Positions 19,206 through 29,655 of a stretch of DNA of 64,000 nucleotides are shown here, piece after piece; position 1 is the stretch's first letter, and every line of letters begins with the position of its first letter. Source of the DNA: an uncultured Cytophagia bacterium (GTDB lineage: Bacteria; Zhuqueibacterota; Zhuqueibacteria; Residuimicrobiales; Krinioviventaceae); contig CAZSMC010000001.1 in the NCBI GenBank assembly GCA_964607755.1, positions 81,677 to 145,676 on the forward strand, given 5' to 3'. Both the position numbers and the translations under genes were made by a program. The notes below the pieces were generated by a model. It made no database searches. It saw nothing but the letters and a program-made list of their open reading frames with translations, and was not told the origin of the DNA.

Positions 19206-19231
19206 TAACACGGTTTGTCTCTAAATGGTAT

Positions 19232-19254
19232 CTCCCCCGGCTTAAACGGGGGAG
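19232..19254 (+). terminator. GC-rich hairpin after the S46 peptidase gene (terminator-like, weak U-tract)
   Basis: ctcccccg-gcttaaa-cgggggag: 8-bp stem, 7-nt loop, 27 nt after the stop codon. Confidence 0.3.
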
Positions 19255-19267
19255 TGACACTTTGCAC

Positions 19268-20899
19268 ATGTGCTATTCTTTTAATATAATTGGCCTCTTG
19301 CCTTTTCTTTCAATTCTGTTAACTTTTTTTATCCTCTACGCCGAAACGCATTACAGAATCGCTAACCTCCCCAGCCGGTATTATAAAAAAGAACCAGAAC
19401 TTGTTGCCGATATGCCGCACCGGTTGCAACCTGATTCCATGCTGCCGGTTCTCCTCATTTTAAAAGATGCGGATAAATTCCCTGTGCAGCTTTTGAAACT
19501 GACCGTTGCAGGCACCCGCGAAAATAAAACGAAAACTCTGTTCACCTATCATTTCAATAATACGTTTATCAAAAGCCGATTCTGGCAGCACGTTTACTTT
19601 TGTTCTCCACCAAAGGATTGGACTGGAAACGCCGTTGTTAATGTCATCATAGATTACGCATGTGATCACAAAACTAAAAGATGTTTCAACGACAATTATG
19701 TTCTTTCCTCGCATAAACCGTTTAGCGTTTATTTTGATGACCAAAGATTGCCATGCGTACCGGAATGGTATTTTGGCGATCTGCACGTGCACACGAATTA
19801 TACAAACGATCAGGTTGAATTTGGCGCTCCGCTTGCATCGACAGCAGAAATGGCACAGGCAATGGGCATACACTTTTTTGCAGCCACAGACCACTCTTAC
19901 GATCTGGATGACCAGCCGGACAATTATCTGAAAAATGATCCAACTTTGAGAAAATGGAAAAACTTTTGGAATGAGGTCGATCGCCATAATAAAAAAAACA
20001 ATATTGTGATTATTCCGGGCGAAGAAGTCTCTGCCGGCAACACAGCCAATCGGAATGTTCATTTGCTGCTGTTAAATAGTAAAATATTTTACCACGGTGA
20101 TGGTGACTCGGCGGAAAAATGGCTTCAAAACCGGCCAAACCACAGCGTGCAAAATATTCTCAAGCATCTCGATGCTGAGGCTGTGGCCGTTGCTTCGCAT
20201 CCAACAGATCCGCCACCGCTGCTGCAATGGCTGCTGGTGCGCCGGGGAGTCTGGCAGTCATCTGATTTTGCGCTGCCAAACCTTACCGGGGTACAAATGT
20301 GGAATGGCAATAAAAAACATTTTTTTAAACACGGATTGCCCCGCTGGATTAAGCTGCTGCTTGCCGGTCATCGACTTTGTTTGCTCGCCGGAAATGATGC
20401 GCACGGCAATTTTAACCGGTTCCGCCAAATTAATGTGCCCCATCTTTTCATGAAAGAACAACAAGACCAAGTTTTTGGTATGGCGCGAACAGGTTTGCTC
20501 ATACAGGGAAAACCTTGCCTGGAAAATATTCTTTCTGCTCTACAAAGTCACCGGGCTATTGTAACAGACGGCCCGTTTATATCTATGGAAGTTCACCACC
20601 AGTCAGAAAAATATATTATCGGAGATGTCTGTCCTTATAACCTCGGCGAACTTGTCGTTCGGGTAGGGTCAACGCCGGCTGTTGGCAAGATAAATAAGGT
20701 GAAGCTATGTATTGGTGATTGTTCGATAAAAAAAGAAACCCAAAGAAATGTAAATCATTCTTTGGGTTCATTCAAGATCGATATCTCGGAATTTATTTCC
20801 GGATTACCTGCTCACGGCTATGTGCGTTTACAAGCCGTTACAGAAAAAGAAGGAAAAGAGTTTCATGCTTTTACTAATCCGATTTACCTGCTACATTAA
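19268..20899 (+). CDS. PHP-domain metallohydrolase (CehA/McbA-like) with N-terminal TM segment
   Basis: FGDLHVHTNYTNDQ ... FFAATDHSYD His/Asp metal-binding motifs of the PHP fold. Confidence 0.5.
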   Translation: MCYSFNIIGLLPFLSILLTFFILYAETHYRIANLPSRYYKKEPELVADMPHRLQPDSMLPVLLILKDADKFPVQLLKLTVAGTRENKTKTLFTYHFNNTFIKSRFWQHVYFCSPPKDWTGNAVVNVIIDYACDHKTKRCFNDNYVLSSHKPFSVYFDDQRLPCVPEWYFGDLHVHTNYTNDQVEFGAPLASTAEMAQAMGIHFFAATDHSYDLDDQPDNYLKNDPTLRKWKNFWNEVDRHNKKNNIVIIPGEEVSAGNTANRNVHLLLLNSKIFYHGDGDSAEKWLQNRPNHSVQNILKHLDAEAVAVASHPTDPPPLLQWLLVRRGVWQSSDFALPNLTGVQMWNGNKKHFFKHGLPRWIKLLLAGHRLCLLAGNDAHGNFNRFRQINVPHLFMKEQQDQVFGMARTGLLIQGKPCLENILSALQSHRAIVTDGPFISMEVHHQSEKYIIGDVCPYNLGELVVRVGSTPAVGKINKVKLCIGDCSIKKETQRNVNHSLGSFKIDISEFISGLPAHGYVRLQAVTEKEGKEFHAFTNPIYLLH

Positions 20900-21412
20900 T
20901 TTTATTTTTTTGATAATCCGTTTCAGTCCCCGGCCAAAAATTTCCGGTTCAATTTCAATATGACGAAAATCACCTTCACCGACACTGGTGGTATTGACAG
21001 TGTCCATGGATTTCAAAGAATCGTGAACAATAAATCGTTCATAATTGCTCATATGAGGCAATGTCACTGTTTGCCTTTTTTCTACCGCTTCTTCTGCTTT
21101 TTGTTTGGCATAACGTTTTAGATTCCCTACTGGATAAACAAGCAATTCATATCCTTCGTCACCAATGCGGTGAGTTTTCGTGACGACATTCGGATTGTGG
21201 TCAAAATGCCGATGGATCAGTTTTCTCTCAAACGCATTGAGTTCGGGAATGGTAATCGGTTCAATAGAATCTTTCAGTTCATTATCAATTTTCCGTATAA
21301 GGTTTTCAATTTTTTCATTTTCATGTTTTTTTTCCTTATTGAACCTCGTTTCGCCCTTGAAAAGCTTTTTCTTTTCCTTCCTCCTGTTTCTGATTGTTCG
21401 TCTTCGTTCCAT
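20891..21412 (-). CDS. R3H-domain nucleic-acid-binding protein
   Basis: ELNAFERKLIHRHFDH and MSNYERFIVHDSL resemble R3H motifs; highly basic N-terminus. Confidence 0.45.
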   Translation of the reverse strand: MERRRTIRNRRKEKKKLFKGETRFNKEKKHENEKIENLIRKIDNELKDSIEPITIPELNAFERKLIHRHFDHNPNVVTKTHRIGDEGYELLVYPVGNLKRYAKQKAEEAVEKRQTVTLPHMSNYERFIVHDSLKSMDTVNTTSVGEGDFRHIEIEPEIFGRGLKRIIKKIKLM

Positions 21413-21431
21413 AGTTCACCCTTTTTCTATT

Positions 21432-22844
21432 TTAAAGTGTTTTCATGGTCTCTTGCAATTTTTGATGAATATTATCAAATGGTCCATTACTAAAAGTAAC
21501 AACAATATCATTTTTATGCAAATGTGATTTCAAATATTCGATCATTTGGTCAACTGTCATCGAATGACTCTTTTTGCCAGTGTGCTGTAAATCGGCAGCT
21601 AGCTTTTCACCGGAGAACAATTGCTCGACCGGTGCTTTGTCCGGACGATGAACCGGCGCGATTAAAACTACATCTGCGGGTTGGAAAGCAGATACAAACT
21701 CTTTTTGAAACACGTTCCGCCGGCTCGTTGCCGACCGTGGTTCATACAGGGCGAAAATTCTTTGTCCGGTGTGCCGTGCTCGCAGGGCTAAAAGCGTTTC
21801 GTGCACCGCTGTCGGATGATGAGCAAAGTCATCGTATATTGTAATCCCGTCAATCGATGATATCTTTTCAAGGCGTCTTTTCACTCCCTTGAATGTTGAC
21901 AAAGCTTGACAAATACTTTTTTTTGAAATTCCTGCATTATCAGCAACAATGACCGCTGCCAAAGCATTTCGTATATTATGATGGCCAAAAAGGGGCAATG
22001 TCACGTGTTGCCAAAACTGATTTTTTTGTTTGACGTCGAATTCTACTCCAGTTGCAGAAACTGAAATATTCTCAGCCATCCAGTCGGCTGCTGATTCCAA
22101 TCCAAAAGTGATGACCGGGCAAAATGCCCGTTGACTCACCTCAATAACCCGTGGATTATCCGAGCTTGCAACCAGGAGCCCGTTTTGAGGAATCAGATTG
22201 ACAAAGCGTTGAAATGCTGTCATAATATCTTTAATCGAATCGTAAATATCCGCATGATCGAACTCGATGGTGTTGATAATACCAATGTCTGGCTGGTAGC
22301 GCAGGAATTTTGCCACCTTGTCGAAATAGGCAGAATCGTATTCATCACCTTCAACAATAAAGTCTTTTCCCGGGCAAAGTTGATAATTCTTGCTAAAATT
22401 ATTGGGAATTCCGCCGACCATAAAACTCGGCTCTCGTCCAGCTACCTGATATATCCAGGCAATCATGGACGTGGTTGTGGTTTTACCATGGGTTCCGGTC
22501 ACGACGATCGAACGGTGATCACGGATAAAAAAGTCGCGCAGCACATCAGGAAGCGACATATAGGGAATGCGTTTGTTAAGGAGATACTCCAGCTCCACAT
22601 TTCCACGGGAAATGACATTGCCCACAACTACCAAATCAGGTGCCGGATCAAGATGAGCCGGATCAAAACCTTTATAGATTGGAATCCCTTGCTCGGATAA
22701 AAAATCGCTCATAGGCGGATATACACCTTCATCAGAGCCGTAAACCGTGTATCCTTTTTGTTTCATCATGGCTGCCAGTGAAGCCATACCCGTACCGCAC
22801 AGGGCTAAAAAGTAAACTCGTTTAATGTTTGCAGAGACTAACAA
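21432..22844 (-). CDS. mpl: UDP-N-acetylmuramate:L-alanyl-gamma-D-glutamyl-meso-DAP ligase (murein peptide ligase)
   Basis: LALCGTGMASLA...VYGSDEGVYPPMS (Mpl-specific VYPPMS), TGTHGKTTTTSM P-loop, Mur-ligase middle and C domains; 470 aa; probable TTG start. Confidence 0.65.
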   Translation of the reverse strand: MLVSANIKRVYFLALCGTGMASLAAMMKQKGYTVYGSDEGVYPPMSDFLSEQGIPIYKGFDPAHLDPAPDLVVVGNVISRGNVELEYLLNKRIPYMSLPDVLRDFFIRDHRSIVVTGTHGKTTTTSMIAWIYQVAGREPSFMVGGIPNNFSKNYQLCPGKDFIVEGDEYDSAYFDKVAKFLRYQPDIGIINTIEFDHADIYDSIKDIMTAFQRFVNLIPQNGLLVASSDNPRVIEVSQRAFCPVITFGLESAADWMAENISVSATGVEFDVKQKNQFWQHVTLPLFGHHNIRNALAAVIVADNAGISKKSICQALSTFKGVKRRLEKISSIDGITIYDDFAHHPTAVHETLLALRARHTGQRIFALYEPRSATSRRNVFQKEFVSAFQPADVVLIAPVHRPDKAPVEQLFSGEKLAADLQHTGKKSHSMTVDQMIEYLKSHLHKNDIVVTFSNGPFDNIHQKLQETMKTL

Positions 22845-22941
22845 ATTTTGGACTCAATTTTATGATACGTTAAAAAAATCACCAGATTATTTTGACATAT
22901 TAAAAGCAATCCTTGACATTGTCAGCAGTACCTTGCAGTAT

Positions 22942-23538
22942 TTATGAAAAGAATTTCAGTAATGCAAGATAGAATCTTGTCAGGGGAAAACCCACAACGT
23001 TATAAAAGCACCCCTCGATGTAATCAACAAAAAGTGCGCTGAAATCTTGAATGCCATAGGCGCCAGCTTTATCCATTGGGCTTTGCGTTGCGATATAGCT
23101 GTTAATTTCGTCGTCGCTTAATGGTCGAAAATGAACGGCTGTGCGCTCGACGTCAGTTAAACTCCGATTCGATGGCCGGTCTATCAATGCAAAACCCGTA
23201 TACACATGATGCGTGTGGCCACTCAAACGCCGTAGCATTTTATAGGCGTGCTGTTCATCTTCAGGTTTCCCCAAAATATCCCCGTCAATAGAGACAACCG
23301 TATCCGCACCGATGACAATGGCATTTTCTTGTTCATTGGCCACTTTTTGAGCTTTTAAAAGCGAAAGCTTTTTAACATGCTCTTCTGGTTCTTCCTTATT
23401 GTAGACCGTTTCATCCACAACCACCGTTTTTACCAAGAATTCCAACCCGATTTGGTTCAACAGAGCGCGTCGTCGTGGCGATTGTGAAGCAAGAATGACA
23501 GGCTTGTCTGTCAGTTGACGAAAAAGATTATTTGTCAT
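22942..23538 (-). CDS. maf: Maf-family nucleoside-triphosphate pyrophosphatase
   Basis: ILASQSPRRRALLNQIGLEF N-terminus and family-typical acidic residues; 198 aa. Confidence 0.75.
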   Translation of the reverse strand: MTNNLFRQLTDKPVILASQSPRRRALLNQIGLEFLVKTVVVDETVYNKEEPEEHVKKLSLLKAQKVANEQENAIVIGADTVVSIDGDILGKPEDEQHAYKMLRRLSGHTHHVYTGFALIDRPSNRSLTDVERTAVHFRPLSDDEINSYIATQSPMDKAGAYGIQDFSALFVDYIEGCFYNVVGFPLTRFYLALLKFFS

Positions 23539-23797
23539 TTCTCTCCATCAGTTCTTGCGGGGAGACCAGTTCTGTACCCCGCTTTTCGGCTTTGCCCACC
23601 CGAGTTTCAGTGATATGATTTTTATCACCCTGTTGGCAGCACGAATTTTGTTGCGAATGTTTATCAGGGTCATCACAGTATAACCCGCCACAGCATCCGC
23701 TGCTTCGGCGTTTTCTGTATCCGGAAAATTGCAACGCGCCGTACATTAATCCCATCGCACCGATAAAAAAGAATAATGCAAAAATATATTGAAGCAT
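23528..23797 (-). CDS. NqrM-like (DUF539) Na+-NQR maturation protein candidate
   Basis: 89 aa, single N-terminal TM helix then a Cys cluster (SGCCGGLYCDDP...CCQQG); position immediately after apbE at the end of the nqr operon matches nqrM. Confidence 0.4.
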   Translation of the reverse strand: MLQYIFALFFFIGAMGLMYGALQFSGYRKRRSSGCCGGLYCDDPDKHSQQNSCCQQGDKNHITETRVGKAEKRGTELVSPQELMERNDK

Positions 23798-23805
23798 ACT
23801 TTTCC

Positions 23806-24831
23806 TTAATTCTTTTGGAGGTATTTTGTAAAAGATGTTGTCATTTTTTCATAAAATCCATCTTTTGATTTTACAACCATAAAAACAGTCAGTTTTTCCT
23901 GTTGAGCGAGATTGAAACCATCTTCAGAACCGAGGACGTTAATGGCAGTTGCCCAAGCATCCGCCAGCATACATGAAGAATGAATGACCGTTACTGATAC
24001 CAACTTGTGCCTGACCGGCCGGCCTGTCCTCGGATCAATAGTGTGCGAGTATCTAACGCCATTCTTTTCAAAAAAGTTCTGATAATCACCCGACGTTGCG
24101 ATACACGCGTTGTTTACCGTGATGATTCCCTGGACCTCAGCTCTGGCATCAGGCGTTGAGACGCCGATTCTCCATTTCTGACCGTTTTGATTAACGCCTT
24201 TTGCGCTAATTTCGCCGCCGATTTCGATCAGATAATTATCGACGCCTTTTTCGTCCAGCAATTCCGCCACCTTGTCTGCACCATAGCCTTTGGCTATGGC
24301 AGAAAGATCGCACTTTAGAGAGTCGATGTCTTTTTTTAACGAAGGTGGTGACAATCGCACATGAACATTCCGATAACCAATGTGCAGCATTTTTGCTGCA
24401 ATTTGCGAATCAGCAGGAATATCGTTTTTTGTAAAAGCGGGGCCAAATCCCCACAAATTAACAAGCGGGCCAACCGTCACATCAAATGCACCATCTGACT
24501 TTTTACTCACTTGAGAAGCTACATGCATAACAAGCGCCAAATCTTTTGAAACGTCAATCCATTTATTCTTGCCGCTATGGTTGAATCGTGAAAGCTCGGA
24601 ATTTTTAATATAGGTGGACATTTGTTGATTTATTTTCGAGAGTAACTCTTTGATCTCGTCATGCAGGCCCGGATTTTTAGTAAAAAAATCAGCAGATTCG
24701 ACAACCTTGATGGCATAAGACGTGCCCATAGTCCCGCCGAGGTATCGCTTCATCTGCATAGTTGAATTGAAAGAACATTGTATTGTTAGAAAAAATAACA
24801 GCAGAACGATTCGTGATATTTTTACAATCAT
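23806..24831 (-). CDS. apbE: FAD:protein FMN transferase (flavin transferase for NqrB/NqrC)
   Basis: Start re-assigned to ATG 24831 (lipoprotein-like signal); YLGGTMGTSYAIK N-terminal ApbE signature and C-terminal Mg/FAD-binding region. Confidence 0.75.
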   Translation of the reverse strand: MIVKISRIVLLLFFLTIQCSFNSTMQMKRYLGGTMGTSYAIKVVESADFFTKNPGLHDEIKELLSKINQQMSTYIKNSELSRFNHSGKNKWIDVSKDLALVMHVASQVSKKSDGAFDVTVGPLVNLWGFGPAFTKNDIPADSQIAAKMLHIGYRNVHVRLSPPSLKKDIDSLKCDLSAIAKGYGADKVAELLDEKGVDNYLIEIGGEISAKGVNQNGQKWRIGVSTPDARAEVQGIITVNNACIATSGDYQNFFEKNGVRYSHTIDPRTGRPVRHKLVSVTVIHSSCMLADAWATAINVLGSEDGFNLAQQEKLTVFMVVKSKDGFYEKMTTSFTKYLQKN

Positions 24832-24910
24832 TTCAGTAAAAATTCCGGTAATGTGCACAAAAAAAGGAGTGCCGGCTAATGGCCGATACCCTTGCTGTTT
24901 TTCACACATT

Positions 24911-25156
24911 TTAAGAAAATGGTTTAAAATTTTTGCAGTCTTTTTTTACAAGGTGACCGCAGTCTTTTGCATTTTGACAGGATTTGCACGAGGAATGTTC
25001 CCATTTGTATCGAAATTCTCTGGCATAATTCTTAATCCAGTTAAAAATAAACTCCTTGCCAGGATCTCTTTTTGTGCTGCATCCTTCACACCATTTGTCG
25101 ATTTCGATACGTTTGATTTGTGCCTGCATAAAGCAGGCGGAACGCTGTGACTCCAC
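24911..25156 (-). CDS. small Cys-rich, probably metal-binding, protein inside the nqr operon
   Basis: About 81 aa from GTG 25156, preceded by an AGGAGA RBS at 9 nt spacing; seven Cys including W-CEGC and CKSC...C...C; no TM segment; fills the 360-bp gap between nqrF and apbE. Confidence 0.35.
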   Translation of the reverse strand: MESQRSACFMQAQIKRIEIDKWCEGCSTKRDPGKEFIFNWIKNYAREFRYKWEHSSCKSCQNAKDCGHLVKKDCKNFKPFS

Positions 25157-25193
25157 AGTTCTTCTTCTCCTCATTTTATTTATAAAGTTGTCC

Positions 25194-26429
25194 TTAAATA
25201 CCAAAATCATCGTACATAATATTATCTTCTTCTACACCAAGGTTATCCAGCATGTCCAGAACAGCAGCCAGCATGGGCGGCGGGCCGCATAGATAGTAGT
25301 CACAATCCTCTGGCGCCGGGTGATCCTTTAAATAATTTTCGTAAGCCACTTCGTGAATGAAACCTGTTGGACCATTCCAATTGTCCTCTGGCAGAGGCTC
25401 AGACAATGCTAATGTCCAACTAAAATTCGGATATGTTTTTTCCAATTCGTCAAACTCTTCATTATAAAAACTTTCCCGGAAACTGCGCGCGCCGTACCAG
25501 TATGTAATTTTTCGGGTTTCATTCCGGCGTTTTAGCAGTTCAAATATATGGGAACGCAGCGGCGCCATGCCTGCACCACCGCCGATATAAACCATTTCGT
25601 TATCATTATCTTTGATAAAAAATTCACCGTACGGACCGGAAATCGTTACTTTGTCACCAGGTTTTAAACTGAATACATAGGATGATATTTTTCCTGGAGG
25701 AGCATCGGGTTTGTCTGGCGGCGGCGTGGCAATGCGGATATTTAACTTTATGATGCCCTTTTCACCCGGATAATTCGCCATAGAATAGGCGCGGTACATG
25801 GGTTCTTTAAGGGTTGACGTGTATTTCCACAAATTGTATTTATCCCACTCTTCTTTAAACTCTTGATCAATATCAAAATCTGAAAATTTCACTTCGTGAG
25901 GCGGAGCTTCGAGCTGGATGTAACCACCAGCCTTAAAGTTCACATCTTCACCTTTGGGTAATTCGAGAACCAATTCTTTAATAAATGTTGCCACATTTTT
26001 ATTTGATTTGACCTGGCATGTCCATTTTTTGATCTCAAAAATTTCCGGCGGTACTTCGATCGACATATCACTTTTGACAGGCACTTGACAGGCAAGCCGG
26101 ACATTTTCGCGAACCTGTTTTCGTGTTAACAAGCTTTTTTCAGTCGGAAAAATATCTCCGCCACCGGAGTGAAGGATGCATTTGCATTCTCCGCAGGTGC
26201 CGCTCCCGCCACAGGCCGAAGGCAGATAAATGCCTTTTTCAGAAAGCGCAGAAAGCAGTTTACCTCCAAGCGGAATCTCATAGGTATGTTCAGGGTCATC
26301 GTTAATAACTAACCTGGCCGATCCCTGCGCGACTAACTTTGAGCGGGCGAAAAGAATGAGTATTACCAGCGCTAACACAATGAGCGTAAACATGAATACG
26401 CCCAGGAATATAATTTCAAGTCCTTGCAT
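25194..26429 (-). CDS. nqrF: Na+-translocating NADH:quinone oxidoreductase subunit F
   Basis: N-terminal TM helix, plant-type 2Fe-2S motif [19 protein letters not shown](H)-binding reductase domain; 411 aa. Confidence 0.85.
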   Translation of the reverse strand: MQGLEIIFLGVFMFTLIVLALVILILFARSKLVAQGSARLVINDDPEHTYEIPLGGKLLSALSEKGIYLPSACGGSGTCGECKCILHSGGGDIFPTEKSLLTRKQVRENVRLACQVPVKSDMSIEVPPEIFEIKKWTCQVKSNKNVATFIKELVLELPKGEDVNFKAGGYIQLEAPPHEVKFSDFDIDQEFKEEWDKYNLWKYTSTLKEPMYRAYSMANYPGEKGIIKLNIRIATPPPDKPDAPPGKISSYVFSLKPGDKVTISGPYGEFFIKDNDNEMVYIGGGAGMAPLRSHIFELLKRRNETRKITYWYGARSFRESFYNEEFDELEKTYPNFSWTLALSEPLPEDNWNGPTGFIHEVAYENYLKDHPAPEDCDYYLCGPPPMLAAVLDMLDNLGVEEDNIMYDDFGI

Positions 26430-26437
26430 GCCGTCCT

Positions 26438-27049
26438 CTATAACTGAATCCCAGAAAATATCATAAAACCAATAGCCATTAATCCTGCTACGATAAAAGT
26501 GATGCCCAGGCCTCGAAGCCCGGGTGGAACATTACTATATTTCATTTTTTCACGGATACCGGCCAATGCAATAACTGCCAGAGCAAAACCGGTTCCGGAG
26601 CCCAGGCCAAAGACCACACTTTCACCAAAATTATAATCCCGCTCCACCATGAAAAGTGAACCACCAAGAATGGCACAATTAACTGTAATGAGTGGCAGGA
26701 AAATGCCAAGAGAATTATATAAAGCAGGAACGAACTTGTCGATAAACATTTCCAAAATTTGCACAATGGCGGCAATAACACCGATATATGTAATTAATCC
26801 CAAAAAGGTGAGATCAACATCCGGCAGACCAGCCCAGGCCAGGGCGCCTTCTTCGAGCACGTTTTTCAGAATGAGATTATTGACAGGAACTGTAATTGTT
26901 TGAACCACAATAACAGCGAGGCCCAGGCCGACAGCGGTCTCTACTCTTTTGGAAACCGCCAGAAAAGTACACATACCCAGAAAAAAAGCAAGGGCCATAT
27001 TCTCGATAAAAACAGATCGAATAAATAAACTCAAATATTCTTCAAACAT
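26438..27049 (-). CDS. nqrE: Na+-NQR subunit E
   Basis: [34 protein letters not shown]; 203 aa, six TM helices; RnfA/NqrE family. Confidence 0.85.
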   Translation of the reverse strand: MFEEYLSLFIRSVFIENMALAFFLGMCTFLAVSKRVETAVGLGLAVIVVQTITVPVNNLILKNVLEEGALAWAGLPDVDLTFLGLITYIGVIAAIVQILEMFIDKFVPALYNSLGIFLPLITVNCAILGGSLFMVERDYNFGESVVFGLGSGTGFALAVIALAGIREKMKYSNVPPGLRGLGITFIVAGLMAIGFMIFSGIQL

Positions 27050-27052
27050 GGT

Positions 27053-27724
27053 TTATTCCTCTTCAATTTGTTCGGGCTTCCAGGTGCGAATGATCCATAT
27101 CAAAAGTCCGATTAAAATAAACGCACTTGGGGAAAGTAAAAACAATCCGTTTGGCATATACCAGCCGCCATCTGTGGTTGCGGGCAGGATAGTTAGGCCC
27201 AACAATTCACCCGAGCCGAGCAATTCTCGAAAGAATCCCACATAAATCAGCACAAAGCTGTAGCCAATGCCGTTTCCGATGCCATCTAATAAACTGTATC
27301 CCGGGGAATTTTGTAGGGCAAAAGATTCCGCCCGGCCGAGAATGATGCAGTTTGTGATGATTAGACCGACATAAACTGACAACTGTTTGCTGATATCGAA
27401 TGCGACCGCTTTAATTATCTGATCAGCAATAATAACCAGGGAGGCAATAATAGTCATTTCGACTAAAATGCGGATGCTGCTTGAGACATGATGACGAATA
27501 CTTGATACAGCTAAATTGGAAAACCCGAGAACAAATATTACCGCCAGTGACATGACAATGGAAGTTTCCAGTTTCGATGTGACTGCCAGAGCCGAGCAAA
27601 TGCCGAGAATTTGCCGGCCAATTGGATTATTGTTAAATATAGGATCAAAAAGAAGATTTTTAGCTTTGCTCATTGAGCCCCTCCTTTCTGTTTTTGTCGA
27701 TGAAAGGCCCATATCCGTTTTCAC
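27053..27724 (-). CDS. nqrD: Na+-NQR subunit D
   Basis: [29 protein letters not shown] (NqrD/RnfE signature); the true start is probably the internal ATG near 27673. Confidence 0.85.
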   Translation of the reverse strand: MKTDMGLSSTKTERRGSMSKAKNLLFDPIFNNNPIGRQILGICSALAVTSKLETSIVMSLAVIFVLGFSNLAVSSIRHHVSSSIRILVEMTIIASLVIIADQIIKAVAFDISKQLSVYVGLIITNCIILGRAESFALQNSPGYSLLDGIGNGIGYSFVLIYVGFFRELLGSGELLGLTILPATTDGGWYMPNGLFLLSPSAFILIGLLIWIIRTWKPEQIEEE

Positions 27725-28463
27725 CTAGCCAAAAACGGACCAGATTATTAACGCCTCGCGTTGTTAGTGTGGCGCCGGACAGTCCGTCAATTTTATATTT
27801 GGCGTCCGGTTCTGTTTGATCGACTTGTCCTTTTATCACCTGGATTTGAACCTGGTCGTCCTGGTCGAAAGCCTTTTTGCCATTCCATTGTTGCTGCCAG
27901 GAAGGATTATCAATTTCACCGCCGAGGCCGGGCGTTTCGCCGTGGTCGAAAAATGTGATGCCACGAATCGTTTTCAGGTCTTTATCCAATGCGATAAAGC
28001 CCCACATTGTCGACCACAATCCACGACCGTAAACCGGGAAAATGTACTTGAAAACCTGACCGTCCTTTTTGAGTTGATAGACAGGCATATATTTTGGCTT
28101 TGTTCTGATATCTGCGATGTCTTGCCTGGAAGGAATGTCTGTTGAGATGGCTGGATTATCCGCCAGGCTCTGAACGCTGAATGTTGTACTTTGCAGTATT
28201 TCTGTGTACCGCTCTTCTGGGATAACCTCGCCCGTTTCCACACTCACGAGTATGCTTTCTACTTTTTGATTGAATACCTCTTCGACATTCACTCCCTTTT
28301 TATATAAATCACCAGCAATGAGAATGTTCTTTATCTTATCCAATCTTCTGTTTCGATATTGTAAAGGTTTCAACCCGACAGCCAGCGAAGACACCAGCAC
28401 AGAACAAACAAGACAGACTCCCAGAGCCACGATGATCATTTTTTTAACACTGTCATTGTTCAT
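27660..28463 (-). CDS. nqrC: Na+-NQR subunit C
   Basis: Single N-terminal TM helix; FMN-attachment motif [12 protein letters not shown]. Confidence 0.8.
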   Translation of the reverse strand: MNNDSVKKMIIVALGVCLVCSVLVSSLAVGLKPLQYRNRRLDKIKNILIAGDLYKKGVNVEEVFNQKVESILVSVETGEVIPEERYTEILQSTTFSVQSLADNPAISTDIPSRQDIADIRTKPKYMPVYQLKKDGQVFKYIFPVYGRGLWSTMWGFIALDKDLKTIRGITFFDHGETPGLGGEIDNPSWQQQWNGKKAFDQDDQVQIQVIKGQVDQTEPDAKYKIDGLSGATLTTRGVNNLVRFWLGENGYGPFIDKNRKEGLNEQS

Positions 28464-29655
28464 CTCTCAAGAGCCTCCTCTGAATATTTTTATTGATAAA
28501 GTACTTGTCAATAATAGGAGCAAATATGTTCATAAATAATATCGCCAGCATAGCCCCTTCTGGAAATGCTGGATTGACTACCCTGACCATAACGACCAGC
28601 ATACCGATCAAAAGACCATAGATCCATTTCCCGCCGGTTGTCATGGCGCCGCTCACCGGATCGGTTGCCATAAACACAGCGGCAAAAGCATAGCCGCCCA
28701 ATGCAAGATGCCAAACCGGAGATACTGCAAACATCGGATTGGTATCACTGCCAATCACATTAAACAGTAGTGCTGTGCCCACCAATCCAAGCAAAGTCGC
28801 GAGCATGATCCGCCAGGAGCCAATTTGGGTGACAACCAATACCAGAGCGCCGATTAAACAAGCAATAGTTGACGTTTCGCCCATGGAGCCGGGAATCAGC
28901 CCCCAAAACGCTTCTTTCCAGGTATAAGAAAGCTCGATAAGCGGATCAGCAAGCTGTGCCAACGGTGTGGCCTGGCTTAAGCCATCCACGCCAATCCACA
29001 CTTTGTCTCCTGAAATCTGCGCCGGATAGGCGAAGAACAAAAAGGCGCGTGACATGAGAGCGGGATTAAAAATGTTCATACCGACTCCGCCAAAGACTTC
29101 TTTTCCAATAATCACGCCAAAAGTTATTCCGAGCGCGACTTGCCAGTAAGGAATGGCAGGCGGACAAATAAGCGGGAACAGCAAACTTGTCACCAAAAAT
29201 CCTTCGTTCACTTCATGTTTTCGAACTATAGCAAAAAGCGCTTCCCAGAGTCCGCCAACAATGATAGTTATCAGATAGACAGGTAAAAAAAACAGCGCAC
29301 CGTGGACAAAGTTGGATAAAATATGAGTCGGATCAAAAGGAAGCCCCAATTGTATCATAGCCCGGGTTTGCCACAACCCCATGCTTATCTCAGGCATCCC
29401 GGCAAAAGCTGCGTTCGCTTGATATCCTGTGTTATAAAGCGCCATGATTGAACAGGGAATGAGAGCGTAAACCACCATAATCATCGCTCTCTTCATATCG
29501 ATCACGTCATGGACAAAGGGGCGGGTTTTCGTTCTTTTTCCTGTCGTATAAAGGATGGTATCCACCATCTCAAAAATCGGATAAAACCGTTGGAGTTTTC
29601 CGCCCTTTTTGAAATATTTTGCCTTTTTATCAAGAAACTTTCTTAATAATTTCAC
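28453..29655 (-). CDS. nqrB: Na+-NQR subunit B
   Basis: 400-aa polytopic protein with flavin-attachment motif DPVSGAMTTGG; NqrB/RnfD family. Confidence 0.85.
   Translation of the reverse strand: MKLLRKFLDKKAKYFKKGGKLQRFYPIFEMVDTILYTTGKRTKTRPFVHDVIDMKRAMIMVVYALIPCSIMALYNTGYQANAAFAGMPEISMGLWQTRAMIQLGLPFDPTHILSNFVHGALFFLPVYLITIIVGGLWEALFAIVRKHEVNEGFLVTSLLFPLICPPAIPYWQVALGITFGVIIGKEVFGGVGMNIFNPALMSRAFLFFAYPAQISGDKVWIGVDGLSQATPLAQLADPLIELSYTWKEAFWGLIPGSMGETSTIACLIGALVLVVTQIGSWRIMLATLLGLVGTALLFNVIGSDTNPMFAVSPVWHLALGGYAFAAVFMATDPVSGAMTTGGKWIYGLLIGMLVVMVRVVNPAFPEGAMLAILFMNIFAPIIDKYFINKNIQRRLLRDEQ

Noticed and set aside
22918-22928. Palindrome tgacaTtgtca downstream of maf
   Set aside because: It has only 5-bp arms, which is too short to distinguish from chance. 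No T-tract follows on the maf (−) strand.
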